Shown: positions 38,629 through 48,673 of the stretch, in pieces
How positions within the stretch are numbered: the stretch's first letter is position 1
Layout: each line of letters opens with the position of its first letter
NCBI GenBank assembly: GCA_027623295.1
Contig: JAQBXR010000013.1
Span: 3,250 to 67,249 of the forward strand
From: Planctomycetota bacterium
GTDB lineage: Bacteria > Planctomycetota > UBA1135
DNA length: 64,000 nt
Direction: 5' to 3'
Made by a program: the position numbers and the translations under genes
Notes under the pieces: generated by a model
What the model saw: only the letters and a program-made list of their open reading frames with translations
Told to the model about the DNA's origin: nothing
Database searches by the model: none

Positions 38629-41600
38629 TTAAGTCGCAAAAAGGGGATGATGTTCCCTCCATTCATGCCCGGAATGGGCAAAGGGGAAGCCTGCAATTCT
38701 AGAGGAAATCTGCTCCGCCTCCAAGGGAATCCACCCAGCCAAAGCTAAACCGACCCGTGCCCCTCCAGAACTGGCTGGTCCGACATCCGCTGCAGAAGCC
38801 ATCCAGGTGGCGAAAGGAGCCAACATACGCGTGCCCCTGGGTAGCCCTCGAAGCGGCGCATCGAGTTCAAAACTGCCTAGTCCAAACTCCGAAGCCCATG
38901 TAAATACAGCATTTAGGCGTGGATGGTCAGCAAAGAGCTGCTGTAGGTCGGCAATCTTCTGATGGCCGAGATCCATCCATCGCACGCCGCGCTCCTCGAG
39001 AGCTGCCATAGCACTTGACCAGCCAGTTCCATGGCAACTGCGACAGGAAAGAGACCACTCTGGATGCAGCCAAATACGGCGTTTCCCGAGGCAAACAGGG
39101 CATCGGTGGGCGGAACGCTGGACATCTAAGTCTTCTGGCCCCCATCCATTGAGGCGGGCGGTTTCGGACTTCTGGAAGTAACTGCTGAGCTCCCCCTCCA
39201 CGCTTAAGGCGCTGCGTAAATCGACATCGGCCTTCGCGCGCGGCGGATCGCACCACTCTTTCATGGAGAATGGCATAGGAAAAGGCATCGGCGGATCAAG
39301 GAGCAGATTTTCCTTGGCCGTAGGAGTGGACTCAAGCGCCCATCCTTCCGGGTCGGTGAAGTGGAAGATGGAATCGCCCTTGAGCATGCGGGTGGCAAAT
39401 CGTTTCGCAATCGCGGGAGGCAAACCAGAAAGCGGTTGATCGGCAAGCAAGACGACGCCTTGCAGTGGATTTAATAACCAACCGGCCAAACGCGCCGCTT
39501 GTTTTTCCAAATCGGTGAGTGAAGTCCAGGTATGCCCAACCGTCCGCGATAATAGTGAGGTTCCGGCTAACAACTCCAGGCTCTGTACAAAGAGTGGCGC
39601 GATGTCCTCTTGTTCCGCACAAACGCGCAGCACATCTCGCAACGGATAACCCTCTAACTCCGATGCTTTCAAAGTACCGAGGCGCGCCTCCATCGGAATG
39701 TTTGCACGTTCACAATCGCGACACGACTCCGGATGAAAATGCCATTGATGCTTAAAGCTGTTGGGATCCACCGCCAATGCTTTTCCTTCTCCGAGCAAGG
39801 CCGCATGATGCGCGATGTCACGTAAACGCCCTACGGCATCTTCTTGCAGCGGGTTAAAACGATCAAGCCAAACTAAGTCACCCGACTGCAAAGGCTCCTG
39901 CTCCTCACGACGCCAACGTATGGTTTTCCCACCGCGCAAGAAACGTCGAAAGCCGGCGGCTTGTAACCATGCGCTATGCTCTTTACGTGCCAAAAAAGCA
40001 TAAGGTAAGGGAGTGGCAAATATGAGGTCATCGGTCTTGGATAAGGTGCGTGCGGCTTGTTCAAAAGACAACCACGGGCCGCCTCCACCACATCCAGCGC
40101 AAACCGAACTGCCGTGGGTTTCCAACACCTTCTGGATAGGCGCGGCTAAGCCGAGCACTTCCGCTAAATGGGTGCCGCGAGGTGGGTCTACTGGCCACGC
40201 GGCAGGCGTCCAATCCTCTTCCATCTGAGCGGAAGACGTCGCACGCTCCTCGGCTTCGACGCCGACTAAATCATGCAGAAGTGGGCTTCGCATGGCCAAT
40301 TCGCGGGCCAACTCTTTTTCCAAGTGATGGCGGCCGGAACGTTCAACATCTTCCTCGAAACGTCGACTCCGCAAGGGTTGACGAGGCGGCGGCAGCGGTG
40401 GTTCTAACTCCGTGCGACGCCGAGAAACTAACCAATGCCCAGTTGGAGTGTCTTTCTTAAGGACCCCTTCCACCTTGCCTTGATAAATCAACTGTCCACC
40501 TTCCGCTCCTGCGCCAGGACCGATTTCCATCATCCAGTCCGCGGACCGCAAAAGGTACTCATGGTGCTCGACCACCCAAAAACTATGGCCATCCTTGCAG
40601 AGCTCCCGCAACAACTGCACCACGCGCCGCGCTTCCTGCACCGGCAAGCCTAAACATGGTTCATCCAGGAGAAACAATTTCGGCGCACCGGGTCGTGCAG
40701 TAGAAAGAACTCGCGCCAAAGCGATGCGGCCGCGTTCCCCCAAAGATAGGAAACGTCCGCGTTCACCAAGGGTGCGATTCCCCATGCCAAGTGCGATGAG
40801 ATGACGCACCGTATTGCGTAACCTTCCTTTGGCTGGAAGACGCTTTTCCAGTTTATCCAAAGGTGTGGTCAACCAGTCACGCAAAGGGCGGTTGCGTAAA
40901 CGCAAGTCCAACAAGTCGTTGCGCAAACCCAATCCATCGCAAGCGGTGCATGGAAGATGATGCGCATCGATGGCATAACCATTACAAACCGGACATGCGC
41001 CTTTGCCAGGCCGCGCCACTAAAGCACCCGCTTCAATCCCACGAATACGTGCTTCTTCGCTTGAGGCAAAGGCTGCCCGAACTTCCTGCCAAACTCCGGA
41101 CAAAGTGGCAATGGTGCTTGCCGGCGACCATCGCAAAGCACGCTCCAGTAAGGAATGCACACCACCTTCAGGGATTTTACCCTGTACGTTTTCCTCGGCA
41201 CGAAGTCGTGGAAGAATTTCCTGCTCCAGCAAGGTGCTTTTCCCGCTTCCCGACACACCGCAAAAAGTCACGACACGCCCTAATGGAACACTCAACTTTT
41301 TCATGCTTAAGTGCCGTGCCTTAATCTTCGGGAAGTGCAAATACTCCTTCGCTTGGGTCGCGGTTGAGGGGTCGTCAACCCAGTCCTCTTGGGGCAACTC
41401 ATCACGCTTACCTTGGCAGACAACCTTGCCGCCTCCAGGACCACCCTGTGGCCCTAAAGCCAACCAGTGATGCGCTGCTTCCAGAAACTCACGCGCGGGA
41501 TCCGCAGTCAAAACGGTGTTGCCTTGTGCCACTAATTCCTGCAGCAAGGCCGCCACAGTTTGCCGCTCCTTGCCATGCAATCCCATTCCGGGTTCATCCA

Positions 41601-42630
41601 ACAAAACTGTTTGGCCGCGGCGCACTTGCGCAATCCACGACACCAACTCCAAACGCCTTGCTTCGCCGAGGGAGAGAGTTCCCAATAAGCGGTCTCCAGC
41701 TAGGTGCCCGAGGCCAGTGCGTTGCAACAACTCTAGCCGGCGACGTGCACGGCCCTGCTTCGGTAACGGTTTCAAGTCGAGCCACTCTTGCAACGGCAAA
41801 CCCATCCAAGTGGACCATGCCTTGCCATCGAGAATGCGGTCCTGCAGTTCCAGATTCCGATACCAATCTTCCTGTGCATGGCTCGCGTGCTGCAAACCAC
41901 ACTCAGGACATCGGTCGGCGGCGGCGAAGTTGAAGGTCTGCTGATCCACCACCAAGCGCATGGCCACGCCACGGGCTAGGGATGAGGCCAGTGCATCGCG
42001 AAGCCGCGTTTCTTGGCCTGAGCGCCACTTAAAACGATCTAATAAGAGCCATGCATCTTCCACCAGACGTGAGGGCGCTTCTTCCAGGCGGGCAAGGGTT
42101 TTGCCTACGCGATAACGCGTCCATCCCGCTTGAAGGAGAGCAGCGGAATCGGCATCAGAAGCGGCGGATAACACCAAAACCGTGGAACTCTCTTGCCACC
42201 GCTCACTCATAGCCAACAAGCCTTCTACGGAAGGTGGACGCCAAGTGGATGAGCATGCAGTGCATTGATAGAGACCCTCTTGGGTCCATGCCTTCTGCAA
42301 GAGAGACAAGAGATCCAGCACCTCCACCAAAGCAGCCTTCTTACGCCCGCGCGGAATCTCCCCAGCCGAGGCAATCACCGGATCTAAACCAACCACCCCA
42401 TCGGCCAAGGGCTTCAACCAAGATTCTTCAAGCCCAGGCAAGGCGCGTGGGTCTTCAAGAATTTCAAAACGTCGGCGCGAAACGGGTTCCAAAACGCCAA
42501 ACAGCAAAGCACTCTTGCCGGCACCACTCGGCCCATGCACGGCAGTCCAACTGCCGCGTTGCAATTCCAGGTCGAGGTTCTTTAAGTTGCCCGCACGCAA
42601 ACCCTGCAGACGTATCGAGTCCTCAGACAT
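38629..42630 (-). CDS. Divergent tandem UvrA-like ABC ATPase with degenerate C-terminal half
   Basis: NLKNLDL, GPSGAGKS, TLSLGE..R, LLDEP, GVSGSGKST, LSLGE, LLDEP, VVEHH, GPGAGAEGG. Four CxxC..CxxC zinc fingers. ATPase motifs eroded in the second half. Confidence 0.85.
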   Translation of the reverse strand: MSEDSIRLQGLRAGNLKNLDLELQRGSWTAVHGPSGAGKSALLFGVLEPVSRRRFEILEDPRALPGLEESWLKPLADGVVGLDPVIASAGEIPRGRKKAALVEVLDLLSLLQKAWTQEGLYQCTACSSTWRPPSVEGLLAMSERWQESSTVLVLSAASDADSAALLQAGWTRYRVGKTLARLEEAPSRLVEDAWLLLDRFKWRSGQETRLRDALASSLARGVAMRLVVDQQTFNFAAADRCPECGLQHASHAQEDWYRNLELQDRILDGKAWSTWMGLPLQEWLDLKPLPKQGRARRRLELLQRTGLGHLAGDRLLGTLSLGEARRLELVSWIAQVRRGQTVLLDEPGMGLHGKERQTVAALLQELVAQGNTVLTADPAREFLEAAHHWLALGPQGGPGGGKVVCQGKRDELPQEDWVDDPSTATQAKEYLHFPKIKARHLSMKKLSVPLGRVVTFCGVSGSGKSTLLEQEILPRLRAEENVQGKIPEGGVHSLLERALRWSPASTIATLSGVWQEVRAAFASSEEARIRGIEAGALVARPGKGACPVCNGYAIDAHHLPCTACDGLGLRNDLLDLRLRNRPLRDWLTTPLDKLEKRLPAKGRLRNTVRHLIALGMGNRTLGERGRFLSLGERGRIALARVLSTARPGAPKLFLLDEPCLGLPVQEARRVVQLLRELCKDGHSFWVVEHHEYLLRSADWMMEIGPGAGAEGGQLIYQGKVEGVLKKDTPTGHWLVSRRRTELEPPLPPPRQPLRSRRFEEDVERSGRHHLEKELARELAMRSPLLHDLVGVEAEERATSSAQMEEDWTPAAWPVDPPRGTHLAEVLGLAAPIQKVLETHGSSVCAGCGGGGPWLSFEQAARTLSKTDDLIFATPLPYAFLARKEHSAWLQAAGFRRFLRGGKTIRWRREEQEPLQSGDLVWLDRFNPLQEDAVGRLRDIAHHAALLGEGKALAVDPNSFKHQWHFHPESCRDCERANIPMEARLGTLKASELEGYPLRDVLRVCAEQEDIAPLFVQSLELLAGTSLLSRTVGHTWTSLTDLEKQAARLAGWLLNPLQGVVLLADQPLSGLPPAIAKRFATRMLKGDSIFHFTDPEGWALESTPTAKENLLLDPPMPFPMPFSMKEWCDPPRAKADVDLRSALSVEGELSSYFQKSETARLNGWGPEDLDVQRSAHRCPVCLGKRRIWLHPEWSLSCRSCHGTGWSSAMAALEERGVRWMDLGHQKIADLQQLFADHPRLNAVFTWASEFGLGSFELDAPLRGLPRGTRMLAPFATWMASAADVGPASSGGARVGLALAGWIPLEAEQISSRIAGFPFAHSGHEWREHHPLFAT

Positions 42631-42632
42631 GC

Positions 42633-43481
42633 TTAACTCTCTCGATCCCCTAGATTGGGGAAATCATCGCCTCGATTTTCGGCCAGGATTTGACGCGTAG
42701 CTTCGACCAGCTTGGTGGGACCGGCAATGAGATTGGCATCAAACACCCAATCGCCTCCGGGGCGCAAAGTGTCCACCACACCTCCAGCTTCTTGTACCAA
42801 GAGACCGGCAGCGGCCACATCCCATGGGGAAAGATGCATTTCCCAAAAGGCATCGATGCGACCAGCGGCAACGTATGCCAGGTCGATGGCCGCTGAACCC
42901 ATGCGCCGAATACCGCGTTGGTGCAGGAACATGCGGTTGAAGTTCTCGAGGTTGTTGTCCGCGAGCAGATGCCGGCGATAAGGAAAACCTGTCGCAAACA
43001 AGGAATCCAGGGGTTGGGAGCTGTTTGAGACTTGAATCGACTTTCCATTTAGGAAAGCGCCACCGCCGCGAATCGCAATGAAGGTCTCTCCCAAACGTGG
43101 TAAATGCACGACGGCAACTTCCGGTACCCCACGACGAAGACGGGCAATCGATACCGCAAACATCGGCAGTTCATGCACGAAATTTACGGTGCCATCCAAG
43201 GGGTCAATGCACCACATCGACTCGGCATTGGGATTGCGCATCGGCTCATTGGCACTTTCTTCGGCAAGAAAAGCGTCGCTGGGGAAAGCGTCTCCTAAAT
43301 GCTTCAACAAATAAGCTTCACTGGCCAGATCCGCCTCTGTCACCAAATCGCGTTTGGCGCTTTTTGAGCCGATCTGATCACTACTTAGTCGCCCGCTCCA
43401 ATCAAGGAGGATTTTGCCAGCACCCACGGCAAGTTCTTCGGCTTTTGCAAGCACCCCATCTAACTCCGAGTTTTGGTTCAT
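42633..43481 (-). CDS. suhB: Inositol monophosphatase family protein
   Basis: DLVTEAD, LAEE, WCIDPLDGTVNF, RRMGSAAIDL, WDVAAAGL. Confidence 0.92.
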   Translation of the reverse strand: MNQNSELDGVLAKAEELAVGAGKILLDWSGRLSSDQIGSKSAKRDLVTEADLASEAYLLKHLGDAFPSDAFLAEESANEPMRNPNAESMWCIDPLDGTVNFVHELPMFAVSIARLRRGVPEVAVVHLPRLGETFIAIRGGGAFLNGKSIQVSNSSQPLDSLFATGFPYRRHLLADNNLENFNRMFLHQRGIRRMGSAAIDLAYVAAGRIDAFWEMHLSPWDVAAAGLLVQEAGGVVDTLRPGGDWVFDANLIAGPTKLVEATRQILAENRGDDFPNLGDRES

Positions 43482-44926
43482 GCTTCTTCCTGAAGGAACT
43501 GAGTGAAAAACTCAGTTTGCAAGGCTTGAAAACGGCGATTGTTGGTGTTCTTGTTCTTGGAGCGATCGAAATTGACCAAAAAGGAAAACACTGCGATACG
43601 ATCATCCGGCAATAACAAATAGCCACTCAAAGAACTTGCTCCAAGAATGAACCCAGTTTTCGCATGCAAACGTTGCGGTGCAAAGATGGCATCCTTAAAT
43701 CTCGGTTTCAAACTGCCGTCCACTCCACCAATCGGTAGGGTGTCAAAGAATAAAGCTCCACGTGGGTGTTCTGCCATGGCACGCAGGATGGCGCACATCT
43801 CCTCAGCAGTACAGGTGTTTAAGTCTTCGCTATCGGAGCGAGTCAAGCCGCTGCCATCGGCCTGTTTAAAGGTCAAATCTCGCTTGAGAGCTTCACTTAA
43901 AACTTCGTGAATCGCTGCGATGCCAGAGGCGTAATCACCCGCTTGTTTGCGCTCGGCGCCCAGAGTTTTCAACACCACCTCGGCCAGAAAGTTATCGCTT
44001 TCCTTGTTGGTAACCACGAGCACATCGGCAAGGGTCCAAGCGGAGCGCCAATCGAGTAACAACTCGCCGGAGCTCTCTGCTGCACTGGAGTCTAAATGCC
44101 GAACTTCCTCGACGGTAACGCCATACTTAAGCAACGCAGTCTTTAGCCATGCGGCATACAACACCTGAGGATCTTGCACCGCAAAACGCACACTCTCCTC
44201 CTTACCACTCAAGGAAGGAGCCACCATAATTTCATTGGGTTGACTTCCCCACCATGCAGAAATCGACTGGCCGCGTTTTTGGGCATACCGAATCTTCATA
44301 CCTTGGGAGACATCAGGCAGCGTCCAGACCTTGTCGCCTGAAATGTAAACTTCGAGGACTCCGCCTTCGACCGATAGCGCGGAAACCGGGGCGCAATAAG
44401 TGGCTTGCGCTTGATTACTAGGCCAACCGGAATGCCGAACCTGGTCGCCAAAATAACGCCCATCTAACTCCAAGACGGATAGGGTTGTTTTACCGTGCTG
44501 CTTCAAAGAATCCGCCATATCGCGCGCAAAACGATCGGCATAATCGACATCGCCAATGCGGCGCAGGGATGGATCACCTTTCCCTACCACGCGCACGATG
44601 TCCTCGTTCAGATAGACCTCGGTATACCAACGATAGGTGTCCTCCAGCGCCATTAAGGCTGCTGTGGTGGTAAGGATTTTGGTGTTCGATGCCAGACTTT
44701 GCGGGTCATCGCCACGGAAATCGTAAAGGACTTCGCCATCCAACAACGCAACATGCACCGCGACTTCGAGGAAGCGCTCGCCATCCACCGCAGCCAGCAT
44801 CGCATCCAATTCTGGACGCGCCATCTGCGGCGATGCCACGGCATCCACCTGCCCGGCCTGTGCGGCAAGGCCAGCAGGTGCCCAACACAACAGAATGGCA
44901 CTAAGGCCAATCCGCATGCTCGCCAT
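43478..44926 (-). CDS. dacB: D-alanyl-D-alanine carboxypeptidase/endopeptidase (peptidase S13, PBP4)
   Basis: Signal peptide. SxxK (ASNTK), SDN, KTG, DGSGL, GKGDPSL. Confidence 0.92.
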   Translation of the reverse strand: MASMRIGLSAILLCWAPAGLAAQAGQVDAVASPQMARPELDAMLAAVDGERFLEVAVHVALLDGEVLYDFRGDDPQSLASNTKILTTTAALMALEDTYRWYTEVYLNEDIVRVVGKGDPSLRRIGDVDYADRFARDMADSLKQHGKTTLSVLELDGRYFGDQVRHSGWPSNQAQATYCAPVSALSVEGGVLEVYISGDKVWTLPDVSQGMKIRYAQKRGQSISAWWGSQPNEIMVAPSLSGKEESVRFAVQDPQVLYAAWLKTALLKYGVTVEEVRHLDSSAAESSGELLLDWRSAWTLADVLVVTNKESDNFLAEVVLKTLGAERKQAGDYASGIAAIHEVLSEALKRDLTFKQADGSGLTRSDSEDLNTCTAEEMCAILRAMAEHPRGALFFDTLPIGGVDGSLKPRFKDAIFAPQRLHAKTGFILGASSLSGYLLLPDDRIAVFSFLVNFDRSKNKNTNNRRFQALQTEFFTQFLQEEA

Positions 44927-46506
44927 TAGGGGCGTACTCCTTCAAATGCCACGGCCCACGCACAGGCGGTATATAACTTCGCGATTAAGGAGATTTTCTG
45001 GCCATCGATGGTTTCAGCGATGTCGGTTGGCTGGTGGTAGGACTTGTTGGAATTGAGGTCGGCTTCAAAGAAGAACAGACCCACCACTCCCTGCTGATGG
45101 AAACTGTACTGATCACTACGCGCATACAAATCACGCCCTTGTTCATTGTCCATCTTTAATGGACTCTTAATCCGCTTATGCATGTCCTCGACCAAATCAG
45201 TCCATCCCGGGCGATCCCAAAGACCGCCGATGTTGATTTTCTTGGTGTCGCCGCGCCCCACCATGTCCATGTTCAACATGGCCACAGCATTTTTTAGCGG
45301 AAAGACTGGTTCTTCGCAGTAAGCCTTGGAACCCAGTAATCCCATTTCCTCTCCCGTAAACCAGAGAAACAGGATGTCGATTTCGGGTTTGGTCCCAGAC
45401 AAGCCTTGCGCGACTTCCAACAAGGCAGCACTGCCGCTTGCATTGTCATCGGCGCCTGGGCGCAACTGAAAACGAACGTTATCGGCCGTCACATCGAAAC
45501 CAACGTGATCCAAGTGTGCGCCCAAAACAAGATGTTGGCCATCCCCCAATTTCCCAGGGAGAAGGGCTGCCAAGTTGAAGGAATTGCGATTGCCGCTCTC
45601 CCATGCCACGCCGAGACGAATCTCGACGCCCTTTTTAGTTTTCAACGTTTTGGCCTTCTTCAATTTCTCCATGCTGTAATAAAGCGCGGTGAAGTCCTCG
45701 TCAAAAATCCGCCCTGCAACCTCTCGGGAAACCGACATAACCGGAAAGGCCGGCAAGCCAAAGTTCTGCTGTAAACCTACTGGGCCGGCATTCCGGGTGT
45801 CCACAAAAGGCGACATGCCTGGTACCGGGAAGGTTTCGTCGATCAACATGCCCGGATCAGGGATTAGCACCAAAGCTATTCCACCGGCTTTTTCAATTTC
45901 ATCCGCCTTCAGCTTCACTTCCGAATAACGCGTTGAGGCGGTGCCATCGAAACGACGAGATTTAGGGTCATCCGCAAACGGTTCGCGGGTGAAGGCGAAA
46001 ACGATTTTACCCTTTACATCATTCTTCTTAATGTCCCGCCACTTTTCATTTTTGGAATCAATCGCGTAACCGATGAACACGCCTTCACCAAAAGCACTTT
46101 CTTCATGGCTACCGATGATGGGTACAAAATCTTTCTCCAACACCAAAGGCATTTCCTCCTTTAGGCCGCTTACTTCAAACTGACTCTCGGCACCAGCAAT
46201 GACACATCGCACGGCAACGGGAACCCGAAAGGATTCGCCATTGGCCGGTTGATAACCCAAAGCTTCCAGTTGCTCCTCCACATATTTTGCAGCCTTGTCG
46301 TGCCCTGGAGTTAAGGTGCCGCGGCCACCCATGCCAGGTGCGGCGAGAATTTGCACGTTGTCATAGCTATCCTCCTCCGAAATCGTCGCCAGCACTTCCT
46401 CCAAAGTAGTGCGCTCGTAAACCTTAGCTGTGGTGTCAGGTTCTTGCGCCCAAAGGGTTGGCGGAATCGCAAGAAGAGCAGTAAGGAGGAAGAGGATGAG
46501 TTTCAT
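44926..46506 (-). CDS. Secreted M28-family metallopeptidase with PA domain
   Basis: Signal peptide from ATG 46506. GAHLDH, GADDNASG, GEEMGLLGS, NMDMVGR, SDQYSF, YHQPTD. Confidence 0.92.
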   Translation of the reverse strand: MKLILFLLTALLAIPPTLWAQEPDTTAKVYERTTLEEVLATISEEDSYDNVQILAAPGMGGRGTLTPGHDKAAKYVEEQLEALGYQPANGESFRVPVAVRCVIAGAESQFEVSGLKEEMPLVLEKDFVPIIGSHEESAFGEGVFIGYAIDSKNEKWRDIKKNDVKGKIVFAFTREPFADDPKSRRFDGTASTRYSEVKLKADEIEKAGGIALVLIPDPGMLIDETFPVPGMSPFVDTRNAGPVGLQQNFGLPAFPVMSVSREVAGRIFDEDFTALYYSMEKLKKAKTLKTKKGVEIRLGVAWESGNRNSFNLAALLPGKLGDGQHLVLGAHLDHVGFDVTADNVRFQLRPGADDNASGSAALLEVAQGLSGTKPEIDILFLWFTGEEMGLLGSKAYCEEPVFPLKNAVAMLNMDMVGRGDTKKINIGGLWDRPGWTDLVEDMHKRIKSPLKMDNEQGRDLYARSDQYSFHQQGVVGLFFFEADLNSNKSYHQPTDIAETIDGQKISLIAKLYTACAWAVAFEGVRP

Positions 46507-47480
46507 GAGAGATAGCCTTGGGGTGAGGCAGCGTGCCAGCGTACCGCGGAATCCACTATGGCGGATAACTCGGAACGGGTGGCGGTCCAACCGAGAACCT
46601 GCTTAGCGAGTGCTGGATCGGCGACCAGGCGTGCAGGGTCGCCAGGACGACGTGGTGCAGCATGCCAAACGATGGACTTTCCGGTAGCGGCCTCCACGGC
46701 CTGCAAGACCTCTAGGACCGAATGTCCCTTGCCTGTCCCAAGGTTCAAGGAAATCGGTGTGCCTCCATCAAACAGGTACTGTAGGGCGCGCACATGGGCA
46801 TCGGCCAGGTCTTCAATGTGAATGTAATCTCGCACACAAGTGCCGTCCGGCGTGGGCCAGTCCATCCCAAAGACCGACATCGGCTCATTCAAAAGGCCCA
46901 TGGCGCTCAAAATGGCGCGCGGAATGATATGCGGTTCCGGGTCGTGGTGCTCTCCGTAGCCCGCTTCAGCTTCGGCACCTGCGGCATTGAAGTAACGCAA
47001 CGCCACAAAATCTCCTTGGTCAGCTGCAGCGCGATCTTGCAAGACCCGTTCGGCAGCCAACTTGGTCGCGCCGTATGGATTCACCGGTTGTGGCGTCAGC
47101 TTCTCCGACAGCAGCTCGACATCGGGTTCGCCGTAGGTGGCGCAGGTCGAACTAAAAACGAAAGGAACCTGCGGAAAGGCTTCGCAAAGGTGGATGACCG
47201 GCACCAGGTTGGCATGCCAATAACGCAAAGGCTGCACCACACTTTCTGCGATGTAAGCGCGCGCGGCAAAATGAATGATGCCATCGAAGGATTCGCGATT
47301 GGCAAAGTCTTGAACTTTGGTGGCATCGCGCAAATCGAATTCCTCGACCGCACCCTTCCATGCACCGCGATGCCCTTCTGAGAAATCGTCGACCACGAAG
47401 ACCTCGAAACCATGGCGTTCTAGAAGACGGGCCGTTGCCGAACCGATGTAGCCGCAGCCACCTGTAACCAGGATTCTCAT
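46503..47480 (-). CDS. galE: UDP-glucose 4-epimerase
   Basis: MRILVTGGCGYIGS, HFAA, FSSTCATYG, NPYGATK, LRYFNAAG, DGTCVRDYIH. Confidence 0.95.
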   Translation of the reverse strand: MRILVTGGCGYIGSATARLLERHGFEVFVVDDFSEGHRGAWKGAVEEFDLRDATKVQDFANRESFDGIIHFAARAYIAESVVQPLRYWHANLVPVIHLCEAFPQVPFVFSSTCATYGEPDVELLSEKLTPQPVNPYGATKLAAERVLQDRAAADQGDFVALRYFNAAGAEAEAGYGEHHDPEPHIIPRAILSAMGLLNEPMSVFGMDWPTPDGTCVRDYIHIEDLADAHVRALQYLFDGGTPISLNLGTGKGHSVLEVLQAVEAATGKSIVWHAAPRRPGDPARLVADPALAKQVLGWTATRSELSAIVDSAVRWHAASPQGYLS

Positions 47481-48673
47481 CCCCCTAGTTTGGCGCCATC
47501 GGGCGCCTCTTTCCACCAAGTCCACCAAGCTAGTTTGAGATTACGCCGTTCCTCCAACTCAGGGTCCAAACCGACTCCAATAGTGTGCCCAGTGATGCTC
47601 TCCGCTGCACTACGCGCAGCTGCGAACTGTGATCGATTCTCGGGGGTCATGGCATCCAGGACGGATGGCATGTCCGCAGCGGTACCGAGGACTCCCAGGG
47701 CGCGCAGGGCGGCGGTCGCAACTTGCGTATCTTCATGCAGTGCTAGTGGGGCGATGGCTTCTGTACGTCCAACTTGCGAACGTATGGCCAACTGCTCCAG
47801 CGCCAAACGCATGACGCGCACATCGGGATCATTCAGCGCGAATTCAAAGGTGCCGATGTCTTTGGGAAAACGATCGCGCGCGAGATAACGAATGCCTTCC
47901 AACCGAATGTCGGGGTTGATGTGATGACGAAGCAGCATGAGGGCATCGGCCACGTTCTCAGGCTGCCCTAATTCAAAAGCATGCAAACGCTCTACCACAC
48001 GTTTCTCTTCCTCGTGCAAATCCACTCCATCTAGGGCGCGTTCAATGCAAATCGTAGCGCGAGTTAAATCTCCAAGCTGCTCGTGCAAACTCGAAGCACG
48101 CTGCCACCACTCTTGCGCATCTCGGCCAGTTGTTAGGTTGCCAAGTTGCTCACAGAGCAAAGCCGCATCTAACTTGCGCTCCCCCTGCAACAGCAGAGTC
48201 ACCATTGCGGATAAGGCATAAGCCTGTTCCTTAGGATCCGCAAAGGTGTGATCCAGAACGTCTAGGGCTTCCATGTCACGACCGGTTTGCTGATAGTCAT
48301 CGGCAAGATCAATGCGCAACCAAATGTCATCGGGACGCGTTTCTAAAAGTTTGGCACGCACTTCTGCAGAGCGGAAAGGGTCTCCGCCCTTCTCCGCGAG
48401 GGCTGCCCGATGAAACCAAAAGTCTTCATCCAACTCAGCCTCTGGCAAGGTGGCATAACGGTCTAGCCACAGGCCAGCTTCACCGTAATCCAAACGCGCT
48501 TCTGCCGTGCGTGCTAAATCCATCCAAGAATCGGATGGAACCTGTTGCGAATACGGCTCTTGAGACTCCAAAGGGTACTCAGGTGAGGTCGCTGTGCAGG
48601 AGCCGAATAGCAAAACACTCAAGCACAGGCTCATGAGCCCCGCAAGTGCGGAAAGAGGTGGGTTGAAATTCAT
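47477..48673 (-). CDS. TPR/HEAT-repeat lipoprotein
   Basis: Lipobox LFGSC. TPR-like helices followed by HEAT repeats (LNDPDVRV..ALRALG). Confidence 0.75.
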   Translation of the reverse strand: MNFNPPLSALAGLMSLCLSVLLFGSCTATSPEYPLESQEPYSQQVPSDSWMDLARTAEARLDYGEAGLWLDRYATLPEAELDEDFWFHRAALAEKGGDPFRSAEVRAKLLETRPDDIWLRIDLADDYQQTGRDMEALDVLDHTFADPKEQAYALSAMVTLLLQGERKLDAALLCEQLGNLTTGRDAQEWWQRASSLHEQLGDLTRATICIERALDGVDLHEEEKRVVERLHAFELGQPENVADALMLLRHHINPDIRLEGIRYLARDRFPKDIGTFEFALNDPDVRVMRLALEQLAIRSQVGRTEAIAPLALHEDTQVATAALRALGVLGTAADMPSVLDAMTPENRSQFAAARSAAESITGHTIGVGLDPELEERRNLKLAWWTWWKEAPDGAKLGG

